Origin: an uncultured Anaerolineales bacterium
Lineage (GTDB): Bacteria; Planctomycetota; Phycisphaerae; FEN-1346
DNA: 64,000 bases
Assembly (NCBI GenBank): GCA_964539385.1
Contig: CAZIJC010000002.1
Location: forward strand, 16,001-80,000
Direction: 5' to 3'
In this document: piece by piece, positions 10,326 through 19,943 of the stretch
How the letters are laid out: each line of letters opens with the position of its first letter
Numbering within the stretch: position 1 is the first letter of the stretch
Notes under the pieces: generated by a model
What the model was told of the DNA's origin: nothing
Databases searched by the model: none
The model's input: only the letters and a program-made list of their open reading frames with translations
Program-made: the position numbers and the translations under genes

Positions 10326-11615
10326 TTACTTGTCGAGCGGCTCCAGATAAATGTTGCGGAACTCGATGGGGCTGCCTTCGCTCTGCAGGCAGATGGAGCC
10401 GCTGGACGGGTTGGCGTCTGTGCCTTCGTTCTGGAGTTGGCCGTTGACGATGAGTTTGACCGTGCCGCCGTCGCAAATGATGTCGTAGGTATTCCACTGG
10501 CCGGCGGGTTTCTCGCTCGACGGGGCCTTCTTCTTGACGTTGGCGAAGGCTTTCGGCCCGATCTGCTCTCCGGCCACCTTGATCGTCGAGTGGCTCAGCA
10601 GCCAGAAGTCACCGGCATTCTGGTGCATGAGTTGGGCCTCGATGCACTTGGGCCAGACCCTGTCGATGCCGGTGCGGTGAAGCAGCACGCCGCTGTTGGT
10701 GGGCTTCTCGGCCCATCGCCATTCCACGTGCAGTTTGTAGTTTGCGTACTCCTCGCAGGTGCGGATGTAGCCGTTGGGTTTGCCTTCGCAGCGGATGATG
10801 CCGTCGCGGACGCTCCAGACCTTGTCCACCGTCCATTTCTTGTCGGGGCCGCGCTGGTCGTTCGGGATGAAGCGGACCCAACCGCTGAGGTCCTCGCCGT
10901 TGAAAAGGACAATTTTGCTGGTGGGGACAACGGGCCAGGGCTTGTTCTTATCATTGGCGGGCTCGATGGTGATGTTGCGGAACTCAATGGGCACACCTTC
11001 GCTCTGAAGGCAGATCTTGCCGCCGCTCAGGGAACAGGCGGTCGCCTCGTTCATGAGTTTGCCGTTGACGTACGGCCGGACGGTGTCGCCGACGCACCAG
11101 ACCTCGTAGACGTTCCACTGGCCGGGCTCCTTTTCGTTGTGGGCGTCGTACTTGACGACCCTTCTGCCCCCGACGCGATGGCCGCCGCTGCTGTGCTCGT
11201 TGAACTCGACGCCGCCGATTTCGAAAAAGTCGCCCTGGTTGCGGAACATGCCCTGGCATTCCAGGCTCTTGGGCCAGACGCGGTCTTCGCCGACCATGTG
11301 GACAAGGATGCCGTTGTTCCCGGTGCGGCCGGGCCAGCGATACTCGACGCGGACCTTGTAGTTCTTGTAGGCCTTGGCGGTGCGGATGTAGCCGGCCGGC
11401 TTGCCGGTGCAGGCCAGGATGCCTCCGGCTTGGATGGTCCAGGTCTCATCCACCTTGCCTTCGCCTCGCAGATGGCGGACCCAGCCGTCGAAGGTCTTGC
11501 CGTCGAACAGCACGGTCTTGGCCGTTGGTTCAATCGCCTCTTCCGCCCCCATGGCCGCCGACAACGGAGCCAGCACCACGCACACGACACCGAGAATCCA
11601 TGCTTCGCGTTTCAT
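10326..11615 (-). CDS. Secreted tandem DUF1080 (3-keto-disaccharide hydrolase-like) protein
   Basis: Signal peptide; two copies of LFxGxxxxGW...NxG(I/V)LxH...E(C/A)Q...GQWNxY...G.ICLQSEG.PIEFRNI. Confidence 0.88.
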   Translation of the reverse strand: MKREAWILGVVCVVLAPLSAAMGAEEAIEPTAKTVLFDGKTFDGWVRHLRGEGKVDETWTIQAGGILACTGKPAGYIRTAKAYKNYKVRVEYRWPGRTGNNGILVHMVGEDRVWPKSLECQGMFRNQGDFFEIGGVEFNEHSSGGHRVGGRRVVKYDAHNEKEPGQWNVYEVWCVGDTVRPYVNGKLMNEATACSLSGGKICLQSEGVPIEFRNITIEPANDKNKPWPVVPTSKIVLFNGEDLSGWVRFIPNDQRGPDKKWTVDKVWSVRDGIIRCEGKPNGYIRTCEEYANYKLHVEWRWAEKPTNSGVLLHRTGIDRVWPKCIEAQLMHQNAGDFWLLSHSTIKVAGEQIGPKAFANVKKKAPSSEKPAGQWNTYDIICDGGTVKLIVNGQLQNEGTDANPSSGSICLQSEGSPIEFRNIYLEPLDK

Positions 11616-11894
11616 CACGCTCTCCTTTCCAAACGGGAGTTGAGGATAGGGAACCTGTCGTCCACCCTCTTGGGTGGCCACCGGCGACGACTCAGCATAA
11701 GGGAAAGAAAGGCACAGTCAAGACTCATGCTTTCCCCTCAGCCTCGCCGGTGTCCACTCGGTAGGTGACGCTCTTGCCTTTTCCCGGGTCCAATGCCACA
11801 ATCTTCATGCCGGGACCCTTTTGATTCGCGCCGGTGGGCGATGCCCCGTGGATCAGCCCGATTCCTCGCCCGGCCGCAGACAGGGGGCAAGATC

Positions 11895-13286
11895 ATGCAT
11901 CCGAGCGTTCTGCTGCCGGTGCTGTGTGCGGCGTTGGTTGGCATAGGCGTGGCGTTGCCGGCGGCGGAGGTGGCCGAGCCTCCCGGCGCGGGCGACCGCA
12001 TCCAGCCCTGGCCGAAGAATCCCTATTACTGGCAGTTCAAGGGGGTGCCCGTGCTGCTCTTGGGCGGGTCGGTCGAGGACAACCTGTTTCAGATACCGAA
12101 CCTGGCCGAGCACCTGGACCTGCTAAGCGCGGCCGGCGGCAACTACGTCCGCTGCACCATGAGTTGCCGCGACCAGGGCGACGTCTGGCCGTTCGCCGGG
12201 ACGGGCGGCGCGTACGATCTGGACAAGTGGAACGGCGAGTTCTGGCGCAGGTTCGATGAGTTCCTCGCCGAGACCGCCCGGCGCGGCATCATCGTCCAGA
12301 TCGAAGTGTGGGCCACCTTCGACTACTACCGCGACCTCTGGCAGCGGAACCCCTTCAACCCGAAGAACAACGCCACCTACACGGCCGAGGCGTCGGGGCT
12401 GCCGCTGGAGGTGAAGACGCATCCCACGAGGACGGAGAACGATTTCTTCCGCTCGGCGCCCGGAGCAAAGAACCTGAAGGTGGTGCTCAAGTACCAGGAG
12501 TGGTTCGTCGAGAAACTCCTCTCCTGCAGCCTCCGCTGCGACCACGTCCTGTACTGCATGGACAACGAGACGAGCGTCACGCCGAAGTGGGGCGCGTACT
12601 GGGCGACGTTCATCCGCAGGAAGGCGGCCGCCGCCGGCCGGCGCGTCGAGGTCACCGAGATGTGGGACAAGTGGGACCTCGCGCATCCGCAGCACAACGC
12701 CACGTTCGACCATCCGGAGACCTACTCCTTCGTCGATATATCGCAAAACAACCACAACAAGGGACAGACGCACTACGATAATATGCAGAAGCAGCGGCGG
12801 CGCCTCGCACAGCGGGTCCGCCCGATGAACAACGTCAAGATCTACGGGGCCGACGGCGGCCGCTACGGCGACACGCGCGACGGCGTCGAGCGCCTCTGGC
12901 GAAACGTCTTCGGCGGGTGCGCGTCGGCCCGTTTTCACCGGCCATCGAGCGGTATCGGACTCTCGAAACTCGCGCAGCGGATGATACGAGCGGCGCGCGA
13001 CGTGACCGGCGCGTTCGACCTGTTCGCCTGCAAGCCGCACGCCGACCTCCTCTCGGACCGCAACGAGGGCGAGGCCTACTGCCTGGCCCAACCGGGCAAG
13101 CAGTACGCCGTCTACTTCCCCCGCGGCGGGCAGGTGACGCTCAACACGAAAGACGCCGCTGGCCGGACGCTTCGCTGGTACGACATCGACGCCGGCACGT
13201 GGCGCAAGGTCCAAGAGGTGAAGGGCGGCGGCACGATCGAACTCAAGACGCCCGGCGCCGGCCAGTGGGCCGCCGTCGTCCGATAA
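11895..13286 (+). CDS. Secreted putative glycoside hydrolase (GH-A-like TIM barrel) with C-terminal beta-sandwich
   Basis: Signal peptide; GGNYVRC, DLDKWNGEFWRRF, YCMDNET; C-terminal YAVYFPRGG...WYD resembling a collagenase-type binding domain. Confidence 0.7.
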   Translation: MHPSVLLPVLCAALVGIGVALPAAEVAEPPGAGDRIQPWPKNPYYWQFKGVPVLLLGGSVEDNLFQIPNLAEHLDLLSAAGGNYVRCTMSCRDQGDVWPFAGTGGAYDLDKWNGEFWRRFDEFLAETARRGIIVQIEVWATFDYYRDLWQRNPFNPKNNATYTAEASGLPLEVKTHPTRTENDFFRSAPGAKNLKVVLKYQEWFVEKLLSCSLRCDHVLYCMDNETSVTPKWGAYWATFIRRKAAAAGRRVEVTEMWDKWDLAHPQHNATFDHPETYSFVDISQNNHNKGQTHYDNMQKQRRRLAQRVRPMNNVKIYGADGGRYGDTRDGVERLWRNVFGGCASARFHRPSSGIGLSKLAQRMIRAARDVTGAFDLFACKPHADLLSDRNEGEAYCLAQPGKQYAVYFPRGGQVTLNTKDAAGRTLRWYDIDAGTWRKVQEVKGGGTIELKTPGAGQWAAVVR

Positions 13287-13305
13287 GCGATTGTCCCGCA
13301 ACATG

Positions 13306-13331
13306 CGCGGCGGGTCTCCCGACCCGCCGCG
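13306..13331. repeat. Intergenic perfect hairpin (REP-like)
   Basis: CGCGGCGGGTC-TCCC-GACCCGCCGCG, 11-bp stem. Confidence 0.6.
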
Positions 13332-13349
13332 ACGGAGGGAGGTGCCGCC

Positions 13350-14693
13350 GTGACGATCCGTACCTTCGCCGCCGTTCTGCTCGTGTTCGCGCTGCCCGCG
13401 TGGGCGGCGCCGCCGGTGGTGGTTGAGGAGGGGGACCGCCCGATACTGGCGGCGTTCCTCGGCCACGCCGAGCGGTCGGCCGCCTACTGCACGGCGGAGC
13501 GGATGGCGAAGTTCGCGGCCCAGCCGGAGGACATCGTGTGGCAGGGGTCGCGGTACATCCGTCTGCCGCTCCTGGCGTACCGCCTGACGGGCGACGCCAG
13601 GTACCTCGACGAATTCGTGAAACGGTGCGACGCTCTGTACGGCTGCCAGACGAAGGGCGGCGACGGGTTCCTCGGCTGGTACGGTCTGCCGCTGCCGCTC
13701 TTCCGCCATCCGGACCACCCTGAGGAGAAGGTCGATTGTCTCCTCACAAGTTTCGAGGTAGCGCGGATGGCCGCCGATTTTGCGCGCGTAGTCCGGGCCG
13801 ACGATGCGCTCGTCCGCCGCCACGGACGCGCGGCCGAGCGCTATCTGAAGGTGGCCGAGGAGCACCTGGTCAGAAAATGGGACGCCCGCAAGTGTTACCG
13901 CGACCTCGGCAGATTGGGGGCCGTCTACAGCACGCACCCGGGCCTGAAGTCCGTCAAGGCGGGCCTCACCCAGCCGCACAACAAGCACGCCAAGATCGTC
14001 CGGGCGCTCGTCTCGCTCTACGCCGCCACCGGCAGGGATGAGCACCTCGTGAAGGCCGTCAAACTCGCCGCGCGGTTCAAGCGATGCCTCGCGCTTGCCG
14101 AGGGTCATTACACGTGGAACTACTGGGACCCGGCCGGGCCGTGGGACGTCCATCCCGAGGACCCGGCCAAGTGGAAGCACTGGATCGGGGCCGAGCATCG
14201 CGGCGGGTACTACGCCCTGTCGCTCTCGCAGGCGGTGCTGCTGTACGAGCACGGCCTGGTGTTCGACCGCTCCGACATCGACCGGTTCGTGCAGACGCAG
14301 ACGACGGTCTGCTGGAACGGCGACACCGAGCATCCCAAGTGGGCCCGCGTGGACGGCCGCGCTATGGATCAAGTCTACCTGTGCGCGTACCTGGCGCCGT
14401 TCGACAATGCGATTCGCGAGATGGCCCTGGGTGCGCCCGCGCGCCGCGAACGTCTCAAGCACAAGGACCATTCGTGGCAGGGCTCGGTCGTGGCGGCCGA
14501 GTACCTGGAGATGAAGTACCTGACGTACCCGCGTTGGCGCGACGGTTCGCCGGCCGAGAAGGCGACCGCGGCGCCGTTCCTCGCCAAACCGGCAAACCAG
14601 GCGCTGCTGAAGGAACTGGCGCTGGAGGTCAAAGCGCCCGGTTACCGCGCCCCGCAGACGCCGGCGCAGATGAATCCTGGAGGTGTGCGATGA
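13350..14693 (+). CDS. Secreted hypothetical protein, probable alpha/alpha-toroid carbohydrate-active enzyme
   Basis: Signal peptide; repeated AYRLTGDARYLD / LYAATGRDEHL helix-turn motifs; operon context. Confidence 0.65.
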   Translation: MTIRTFAAVLLVFALPAWAAPPVVVEEGDRPILAAFLGHAERSAAYCTAERMAKFAAQPEDIVWQGSRYIRLPLLAYRLTGDARYLDEFVKRCDALYGCQTKGGDGFLGWYGLPLPLFRHPDHPEEKVDCLLTSFEVARMAADFARVVRADDALVRRHGRAAERYLKVAEEHLVRKWDARKCYRDLGRLGAVYSTHPGLKSVKAGLTQPHNKHAKIVRALVSLYAATGRDEHLVKAVKLAARFKRCLALAEGHYTWNYWDPAGPWDVHPEDPAKWKHWIGAEHRGGYYALSLSQAVLLYEHGLVFDRSDIDRFVQTQTTVCWNGDTEHPKWARVDGRAMDQVYLCAYLAPFDNAIREMALGAPARRERLKHKDHSWQGSVVAAEYLEMKYLTYPRWRDGSPAEKATAAPFLAKPANQALLKELALEVKAPGYRAPQTPAQMNPGGVR

Positions 14694-16144
14694 ACCGACG
14701 CGAAACGCTGCGGCGGTGGATTGGATGGATTCTCCTTGCGGTGGTGATCGCCGTGGCGGTCACGTCGGCCAGGAGCCGCGCGGGGCAGCCGCCCGCCGCC
14801 GGGCCGCTCCGGGTCCATCCCGACAACCCGCGGTACTTCACCGACGGAAGCGGCAGGGCGATCCTCCTGGCCGGCTCGCACACGTGGCCGAGCCTGGTGG
14901 ACATGGGGCCGAGCGATCCGCCGCCGCGGTTCGACTTCGACGGCTATCTCGATTTCCTCCAGAAGCACGGCCACAACTTCGTCCGCCTCTGGACGTGGGA
15001 GCACACGACGTGGGATACGCGCGGCAACCGCGAGAAGAAACGCCATCATTGCGGGCCCATGCCGTACGCCCGAACCGGACCGGGCAAGGCGCTCGACGGC
15101 AAGCCGAGGTTCGATCTCAGCAAGTTCGACGCCGAGTACTTCAACCGCCTCCGCCGGCGTGTCGAGGCCGCGGGCAAGCGCGGCATCTACATCTCGGTCA
15201 TGCTCTTCGAGGGCTGGGCCATGCAGCACTCACCGGGCGCCTGGGAGTCACACCCCTTCCACCCGAATAACAACATCAGCGGCATCAATGGTGACACGGA
15301 CGGCGACGGCAAGGGCCTGGAGGTCCACGAACTGGCCGACCCCAAGGTCACGGCCATCCAGGAGGCCTACGTCCGCAAGGTCATCGACACGGTCGGCGAC
15401 CTCGACAACGTCCTCTACGAGATCTCCAACGAGAACCATCCGCCGTCAACCAAGTGGCAGTATCACATAATCGAGTTTATCCACAAGCATGAGAAGACCC
15501 GGCCAAAACAGCATCCGGTGGGCATGACGTTCCAGTACAAGGGCGGTAGCAACAAGGCGCTCTTCGACAGCCCGGCCGAGTGGATCTCACCGAACCCGAG
15601 CACCGACGTGCCCAAGGGGCACAACTACCGCGACAATCCGCCGCCCGCCGATGGCCGCAAGGTCATCCTCACCGACACCGATCACCTCTGGGGCATCGGC
15701 GGCGACTACCGGTGGGTGTGGAAGTCGTTCCTGCGCGGCCTCAACCCCATCTTCATGGACCCGTACGACGGCGAGGTCCTGGGCCTTCGCCAGCCCCAGA
15801 ACTGGCCGGCGCTGCGGCGGGCCATGGGCGACGTCCTTCGCTTCAGCCGCCGGAGGGCCTTGGCCGCCATGACGCCGCAGGGCAAACTCGCCTCCACCGG
15901 CTACTGCCTCGCGAATCCCTCCAAGAAGAACCCGGAGTACCTCGTCTACCTGCCCGACGGTGGGAAGGCGACCGTGGACCTCTCGACCACGCCCGGTCCG
16001 CTCGTGGCCGAGTGGTTTGATCCGAAGACGGGCAAAACCGTGAAGGACGACTCGGCTGTCGGCGGCGCCCGCCGCGAGTTCAAAGCCCCCTTCGCCGGCG
16101 ACGCCGTGCTGTACCTCGCCCTATCGTACAGGGCGAACCCCTGA
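14690..16144 (+). CDS. Secreted putative glycoside hydrolase (DUF6298-like) with C-terminal beta-sandwich
   Basis: ATGA overlap with upstream stop; LRVHPDNPRYF, LAGSHTW, HNFVRLW, VLYEISNE, DTDHLWG; paralogous architecture to 11895-13286. Confidence 0.72.
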   Translation: MNRRETLRRWIGWILLAVVIAVAVTSARSRAGQPPAAGPLRVHPDNPRYFTDGSGRAILLAGSHTWPSLVDMGPSDPPPRFDFDGYLDFLQKHGHNFVRLWTWEHTTWDTRGNREKKRHHCGPMPYARTGPGKALDGKPRFDLSKFDAEYFNRLRRRVEAAGKRGIYISVMLFEGWAMQHSPGAWESHPFHPNNNISGINGDTDGDGKGLEVHELADPKVTAIQEAYVRKVIDTVGDLDNVLYEISNENHPPSTKWQYHIIEFIHKHEKTRPKQHPVGMTFQYKGGSNKALFDSPAEWISPNPSTDVPKGHNYRDNPPPADGRKVILTDTDHLWGIGGDYRWVWKSFLRGLNPIFMDPYDGEVLGLRQPQNWPALRRAMGDVLRFSRRRALAAMTPQGKLASTGYCLANPSKKNPEYLVYLPDGGKATVDLSTTPGPLVAEWFDPKTGKTVKDDSAVGGARREFKAPFAGDAVLYLALSYRANP

Positions 16145-16156
16145 GGGGAAGCCGCC

Positions 16157-18628
16157 ATGGTCCGCTTCGTCGCATGGATTGTCACCGTCATCGGGGTGAC
16201 GGTCTCGGCCGTCGCCGCCACGGAGACCCCCGTCGTCTGGGACTTTGAGGCCGACGCGGCCGGATGGCGGCCGCGGGCCGAGACGGTTGCCGTCACCCGC
16301 GCCGCCGCCGGCGCCACCCCTGCCAGCCGTGGATCGCTCCACGTGCGGGGCCCGATCCGAGTGGGGTGGAACTACGTCACCTCGCCGCACCGGCCCATGA
16401 CGCCGGGCGGCCTGTACCGCCTGTCGGCGCATCTGCGCGTCGATGCGTTGGGCCCGGCCACGCCGGCCCCGTACCTGAAGTGTGAGTTCGTGGGCGCCGA
16501 CCGCCGCAAGGCCCTCGGACGGGCCTCGACCGAACCCTACGACCCGGCGCGGATGGGCACGTGGCAGCGGCTGGCCGGCGAGTTTCGCGCGCCCAAGGGT
16601 GTCGTCTCCAGCTGGCTGGCCCTCGAGAAGGGCACCGCCGGGCCTTGCGAGATCGACGCACGACTCGATGACGTGCGGCTCGAGCCCATCGAGCGGCTCA
16701 CGGTCTTCGACAAGTACCTTCTGGACCCGCTTCCCGAAGGGCTGGCAAAGGTCCGCGGCGTCCACCCGCGGCTGTACCTGACGGCCGATGGCTTCGACGC
16801 GCTCCGCCGCGCCATCCGCTCGACGCACAAGCCGATGTGGGACGAACTCAAGGCCCTCGCCGACCGGTATGCCCGCGGCGGCCCGCCGAAATATATCCGG
16901 CACGACCGCTACAGCGGCGACGAGCAACTCTGGCAGCGGGGTGTCGGAAACGTCATGCCGACCATCGCGATGGCCTACCGGTTGACGGGCGAGAAGCGGT
17001 ATCTCGACGCCGCCAGGGCGTGGGCCCTCGCTTCGTGCGGCTACGAGACGTGGGGCCTCGGACGCATCGACGGCATGGACCTGGCGGCGGGGCACCAACT
17101 CTTCGGCCTGGCCATCGTGTACGACTGGTGTTACCAGGACTTGGGGGCGGAGGCGCGGCAGACGATTCGCGCGACGCTCGTGCGGCGGGGCGGGGCGATG
17201 TTCGACGCGGCTGTCACCGGACGCGCCTGGTGGCGACGCGCCTACCTCCAGAACCATCTCTGGGTCAACGTGTGCGGGCTGGCGGCCGCCGGGCTGGCGG
17301 TGTTCGACGAGGTCGAGGGCGCGTCGATGTGGGTCGGCCTGCCGCTCGAGAAGTTCCGCCGCACGATGGAATCGCTCGGCCCCGACGGGGCCAGCCACGA
17401 GGGTGTCGGCTACTGGCAGTACGGCGCCGAGTACCTCCTGAAGTTCATGCACCTGGCGCGCGACCTGCTGGGCGTGGACCTGCACGGCGGCGCCTGGTGG
17501 CGGAATACCGCCGCCTACGCGCAGTACCTGACGTTGCCCCGCCGGGCGTGGACACGCCGTAACTCAATCGTCGACCTTGCCGACTGCCCGCGCTACAACT
17601 GGTACGGGCCGGAGTACCTGCTGCGCCGTCTGGCGGCCTTGTACCGCGACGGGCACGCCCAGTGGCTGGCGCGCGAGGTCGCCGGCGCCAACATCGCCGC
17701 CGCCGGCGCCCCGTGGCTGAATCTCGTCTGGTTCGACCCGACGGTTGAGGCCCGGCCGCCGACCGACCGTCCGACGCTTCGCCACTTCCGCGACATGGGC
17801 ATCGTGAGTGCCCGAAGCACCTGGTCGGGCGACGAGGCCCTCGTGGTCCTGAAGTGCGGGCCGTTCATCGGACACGAGGCCGTCGAGCGGTTCACCTACG
17901 ACCCCGGCGGCGGGCACGTCCACCCCGACGCGAACCACTTCGTCGTGTTCGCGTGCGGAGAATGGCTCGTCCGCGACGACGGCTACCGCGCCAAACGCAC
18001 CGGCCAACACAACACGCTGCTGGTCGGCGGCAAGGGGCAACTCGGCGAGGGACGCATGTGGTTCGACGGCGCGCCCTGCCTTCGACGAAAGGCCCGGCCG
18101 CGCATCCTACGAGCCGAGAGCACGCCGGCGCTCGACCACATCGCCGGCGATGCGACCGCGGCCTATCCGCCCGAGGCGGGGCTCACGCGGTACGTCCGCC
18201 ACCTCCTTTTCCTCAAGCCCGACGTGCTCCTTGTCATCGACGACGTGGACGCCGAGAAGGAAACCGATCTGGAACTTCGGTATCATCCCGAACAGCAGGC
18301 GGCGACTCGCCGGGGCGACGCCTTTGTGACACGGGGCGAGAAGAGCGTCCTCAGAATCGAGATCCTGACGGCCCAGGGCGCCGCCGTCGCCGCTGAACCT
18401 CTGGCCGTTGCGGGCCGACACGGCGAGGACGGCGAGCAGATGCTGACGGTCCGGCTGCGGCGGCGCGGCCGGGCGTGGCGAAGCGCGGTGGCCCTCTCGT
18501 GGGCTCCCAAGGGCGCCGAGCCGGCCCCCGTCTCGCTCCACGCGGACGGCGACGCCTGGACCTTCGCGGTCGGTGGCCGCACGGTGACCTTCGATTGGCG
18601 GACGGGCCAGGTGGAGGGCGTGCGATGA
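16157..18628 (+). CDS. Heparinase II/III-family polysaccharide lyase-like protein with N-terminal CBM-like domain
   Basis: HPRLYL, QNHLW, DGASHEGVGYWQY, GHVHPDANHF, HNTLLVGG. Confidence 0.8.
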   Translation: MVRFVAWIVTVIGVTVSAVAATETPVVWDFEADAAGWRPRAETVAVTRAAAGATPASRGSLHVRGPIRVGWNYVTSPHRPMTPGGLYRLSAHLRVDALGPATPAPYLKCEFVGADRRKALGRASTEPYDPARMGTWQRLAGEFRAPKGVVSSWLALEKGTAGPCEIDARLDDVRLEPIERLTVFDKYLLDPLPEGLAKVRGVHPRLYLTADGFDALRRAIRSTHKPMWDELKALADRYARGGPPKYIRHDRYSGDEQLWQRGVGNVMPTIAMAYRLTGEKRYLDAARAWALASCGYETWGLGRIDGMDLAAGHQLFGLAIVYDWCYQDLGAEARQTIRATLVRRGGAMFDAAVTGRAWWRRAYLQNHLWVNVCGLAAAGLAVFDEVEGASMWVGLPLEKFRRTMESLGPDGASHEGVGYWQYGAEYLLKFMHLARDLLGVDLHGGAWWRNTAAYAQYLTLPRRAWTRRNSIVDLADCPRYNWYGPEYLLRRLAALYRDGHAQWLAREVAGANIAAAGAPWLNLVWFDPTVEARPPTDRPTLRHFRDMGIVSARSTWSGDEALVVLKCGPFIGHEAVERFTYDPGGGHVHPDANHFVVFACGEWLVRDDGYRAKRTGQHNTLLVGGKGQLGEGRMWFDGAPCLRRKARPRILRAESTPALDHIAGDATAAYPPEAGLTRYVRHLLFLKPDVLLVIDDVDAEKETDLELRYHPEQQAATRRGDAFVTRGEKSVLRIEILTAQGAAVAAEPLAVAGRHGEDGEQMLTVRLRRRGRAWRSAVALSWAPKGAEPAPVSLHADGDAWTFAVGGRTVTFDWRTGQVEGVR

Positions 18629-18747
18629 CTTGGTGGGGCGCGGCGATGATCCTCAGGCCGACCGGCTCTTGCGCTTGACAAACCCGACGGTGCGGGCGAC
18701 AGTACCGGCCGCCTGCCCTGCGCATCCGCCCGTGAAGGAGGCGATCT

Positions 18748-19779
18748 GTGCTCGCGGCCGTCCTGAAAGACTACGATAACCTGGTTCTGGAAGACGTTCC
18801 GCAGCCCGAGCCCGGCATCGGCGAGGCCGTGGTCCGCATCCGGTCGTGCGGGTTCTGCGCCACCGATTACAAAGCCATCAAGGGCATCCGACGCAACGTC
18901 GTCTTTCCGCTCGTTCCGGGGCACGAGCCGTCGGGCGTCGTCGCGAAGGTGGGGCCGGGCGTCGAGCATTTCAGGCAAGGCGATGAGGTTATCCTCCAGC
19001 CGTCCGGTTACTGCGGCGTGTGCGCGCATTGCCGCACCGGAAACACGCATTACTGCGAGCACGCCTTCACGACAGGCGGCGACGGACCGCCGGTGACGTG
19101 GCCCGGGTCGTTCGCCGAGTACACGAAGACGCTCTCCCGGTGCCTGTTTCACAAGCCGCCGTCGCTCTCGTTCGATGCGGCGGCGCTCACCGAGCCGCTT
19201 TCCGGCGCGTGGAAAGGCGTCGTCCAGTACAGCCGGATGCAGGTGGGCGACGACGTGGTCGTCATCGGCACGGGGGGCATCGGCCTTCTGTGCCTGATGG
19301 TGGCGAAGGCGGCCGGGGCCGGAAGGCTCGTCGCCATCGACAAGAGCGACTACGCCCTCGCCAGCGCCGCCGCCCTCGGCGCCACGCACACCGTCAACCC
19401 GAACAACAAGGATGCGAAGCAGCGCGTCTACGAGATCATGCCCGACGGGCCGGACCTCGTGGTCGAGGCGGCCGGGCCCATCGAGGCGGTGCGGATGATG
19501 GTCTCGCTGCTTCGGCGCGGCACGCGGTGGAACGTGTTCGGCATAACGACCCATGAGACGTTCGAGATGGACGGCGGCCTCGCACACTTCCTGGAGGCCC
19601 GCATGGACGCCTCGTTCGGCACCACGCCCAGGGCCATGACGGCCGCCATCCGCCTGATGGAGCGCGGCCTGGTGGACACCGACAGAATCATCTCGCACCG
19701 GTTCCCGCTCGCCGACATCCACAAGGCCGTCGAGGTGATGGGCACTCCGGAACGGAACAAAGTCATCGTCAACCCGTGA
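18748..19779 (+). CDS. Zinc-dependent (MDR family) sugar/alcohol dehydrogenase
   Basis: CGFCATD, PGHEPSG, CGVCAHC...C, GTGGIG; AAGGAGG RBS. Confidence 0.92.
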   Translation: MLAAVLKDYDNLVLEDVPQPEPGIGEAVVRIRSCGFCATDYKAIKGIRRNVVFPLVPGHEPSGVVAKVGPGVEHFRQGDEVILQPSGYCGVCAHCRTGNTHYCEHAFTTGGDGPPVTWPGSFAEYTKTLSRCLFHKPPSLSFDAAALTEPLSGAWKGVVQYSRMQVGDDVVVIGTGGIGLLCLMVAKAAGAGRLVAIDKSDYALASAAALGATHTVNPNNKDAKQRVYEIMPDGPDLVVEAAGPIEAVRMMVSLLRRGTRWNVFGITTHETFEMDGGLAHFLEARMDASFGTTPRAMTAAIRLMERGLVDTDRIISHRFPLADIHKAVEVMGTPERNKVIVNP

Positions 19780-19829
19780 AAGGCATTGTCCGCCGCGACG
19801 ACGTCGTGAAGGTGGTGCTGGAATGGTGA
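19776..19829 (+). pseudogene. 17-aa remnant ORF resembling fused N- and C-termini of a second MDR dehydrogenase
   Basis: GTGA overlap with the upstream stop; reads MKGIVRRDDVVKVVLEW*. Confidence 0.45.
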
Positions 19830-19836
19830 ACGGGCA

Positions 19837-19890
19837 TTTTAGCCGCGACCCGAAGGGGAGCGCGCTCTCCCCTGCGGGTCGCGGCTAAAA
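19837..19890. terminator. REP-like palindrome / bidirectional terminator between convergent genes
   Basis: TTTTAGCCGCGACCCG...CGGGTCGCGGCTAAAA long inverted repeat. Confidence 0.7.
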
Positions 19891-19943
19891 GGGCATCGCT
19901 TCTCGGCGACGAGTCAAATCAGTTCGGGCCGGGCAGGCGGCTC

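Noticed and set aside
18675-18703. TTGACA upstream of the Zn dehydrogenase
   Set aside because: The -10 at 17 bp (GACAGT) is weak, so it is not called as a promoter.
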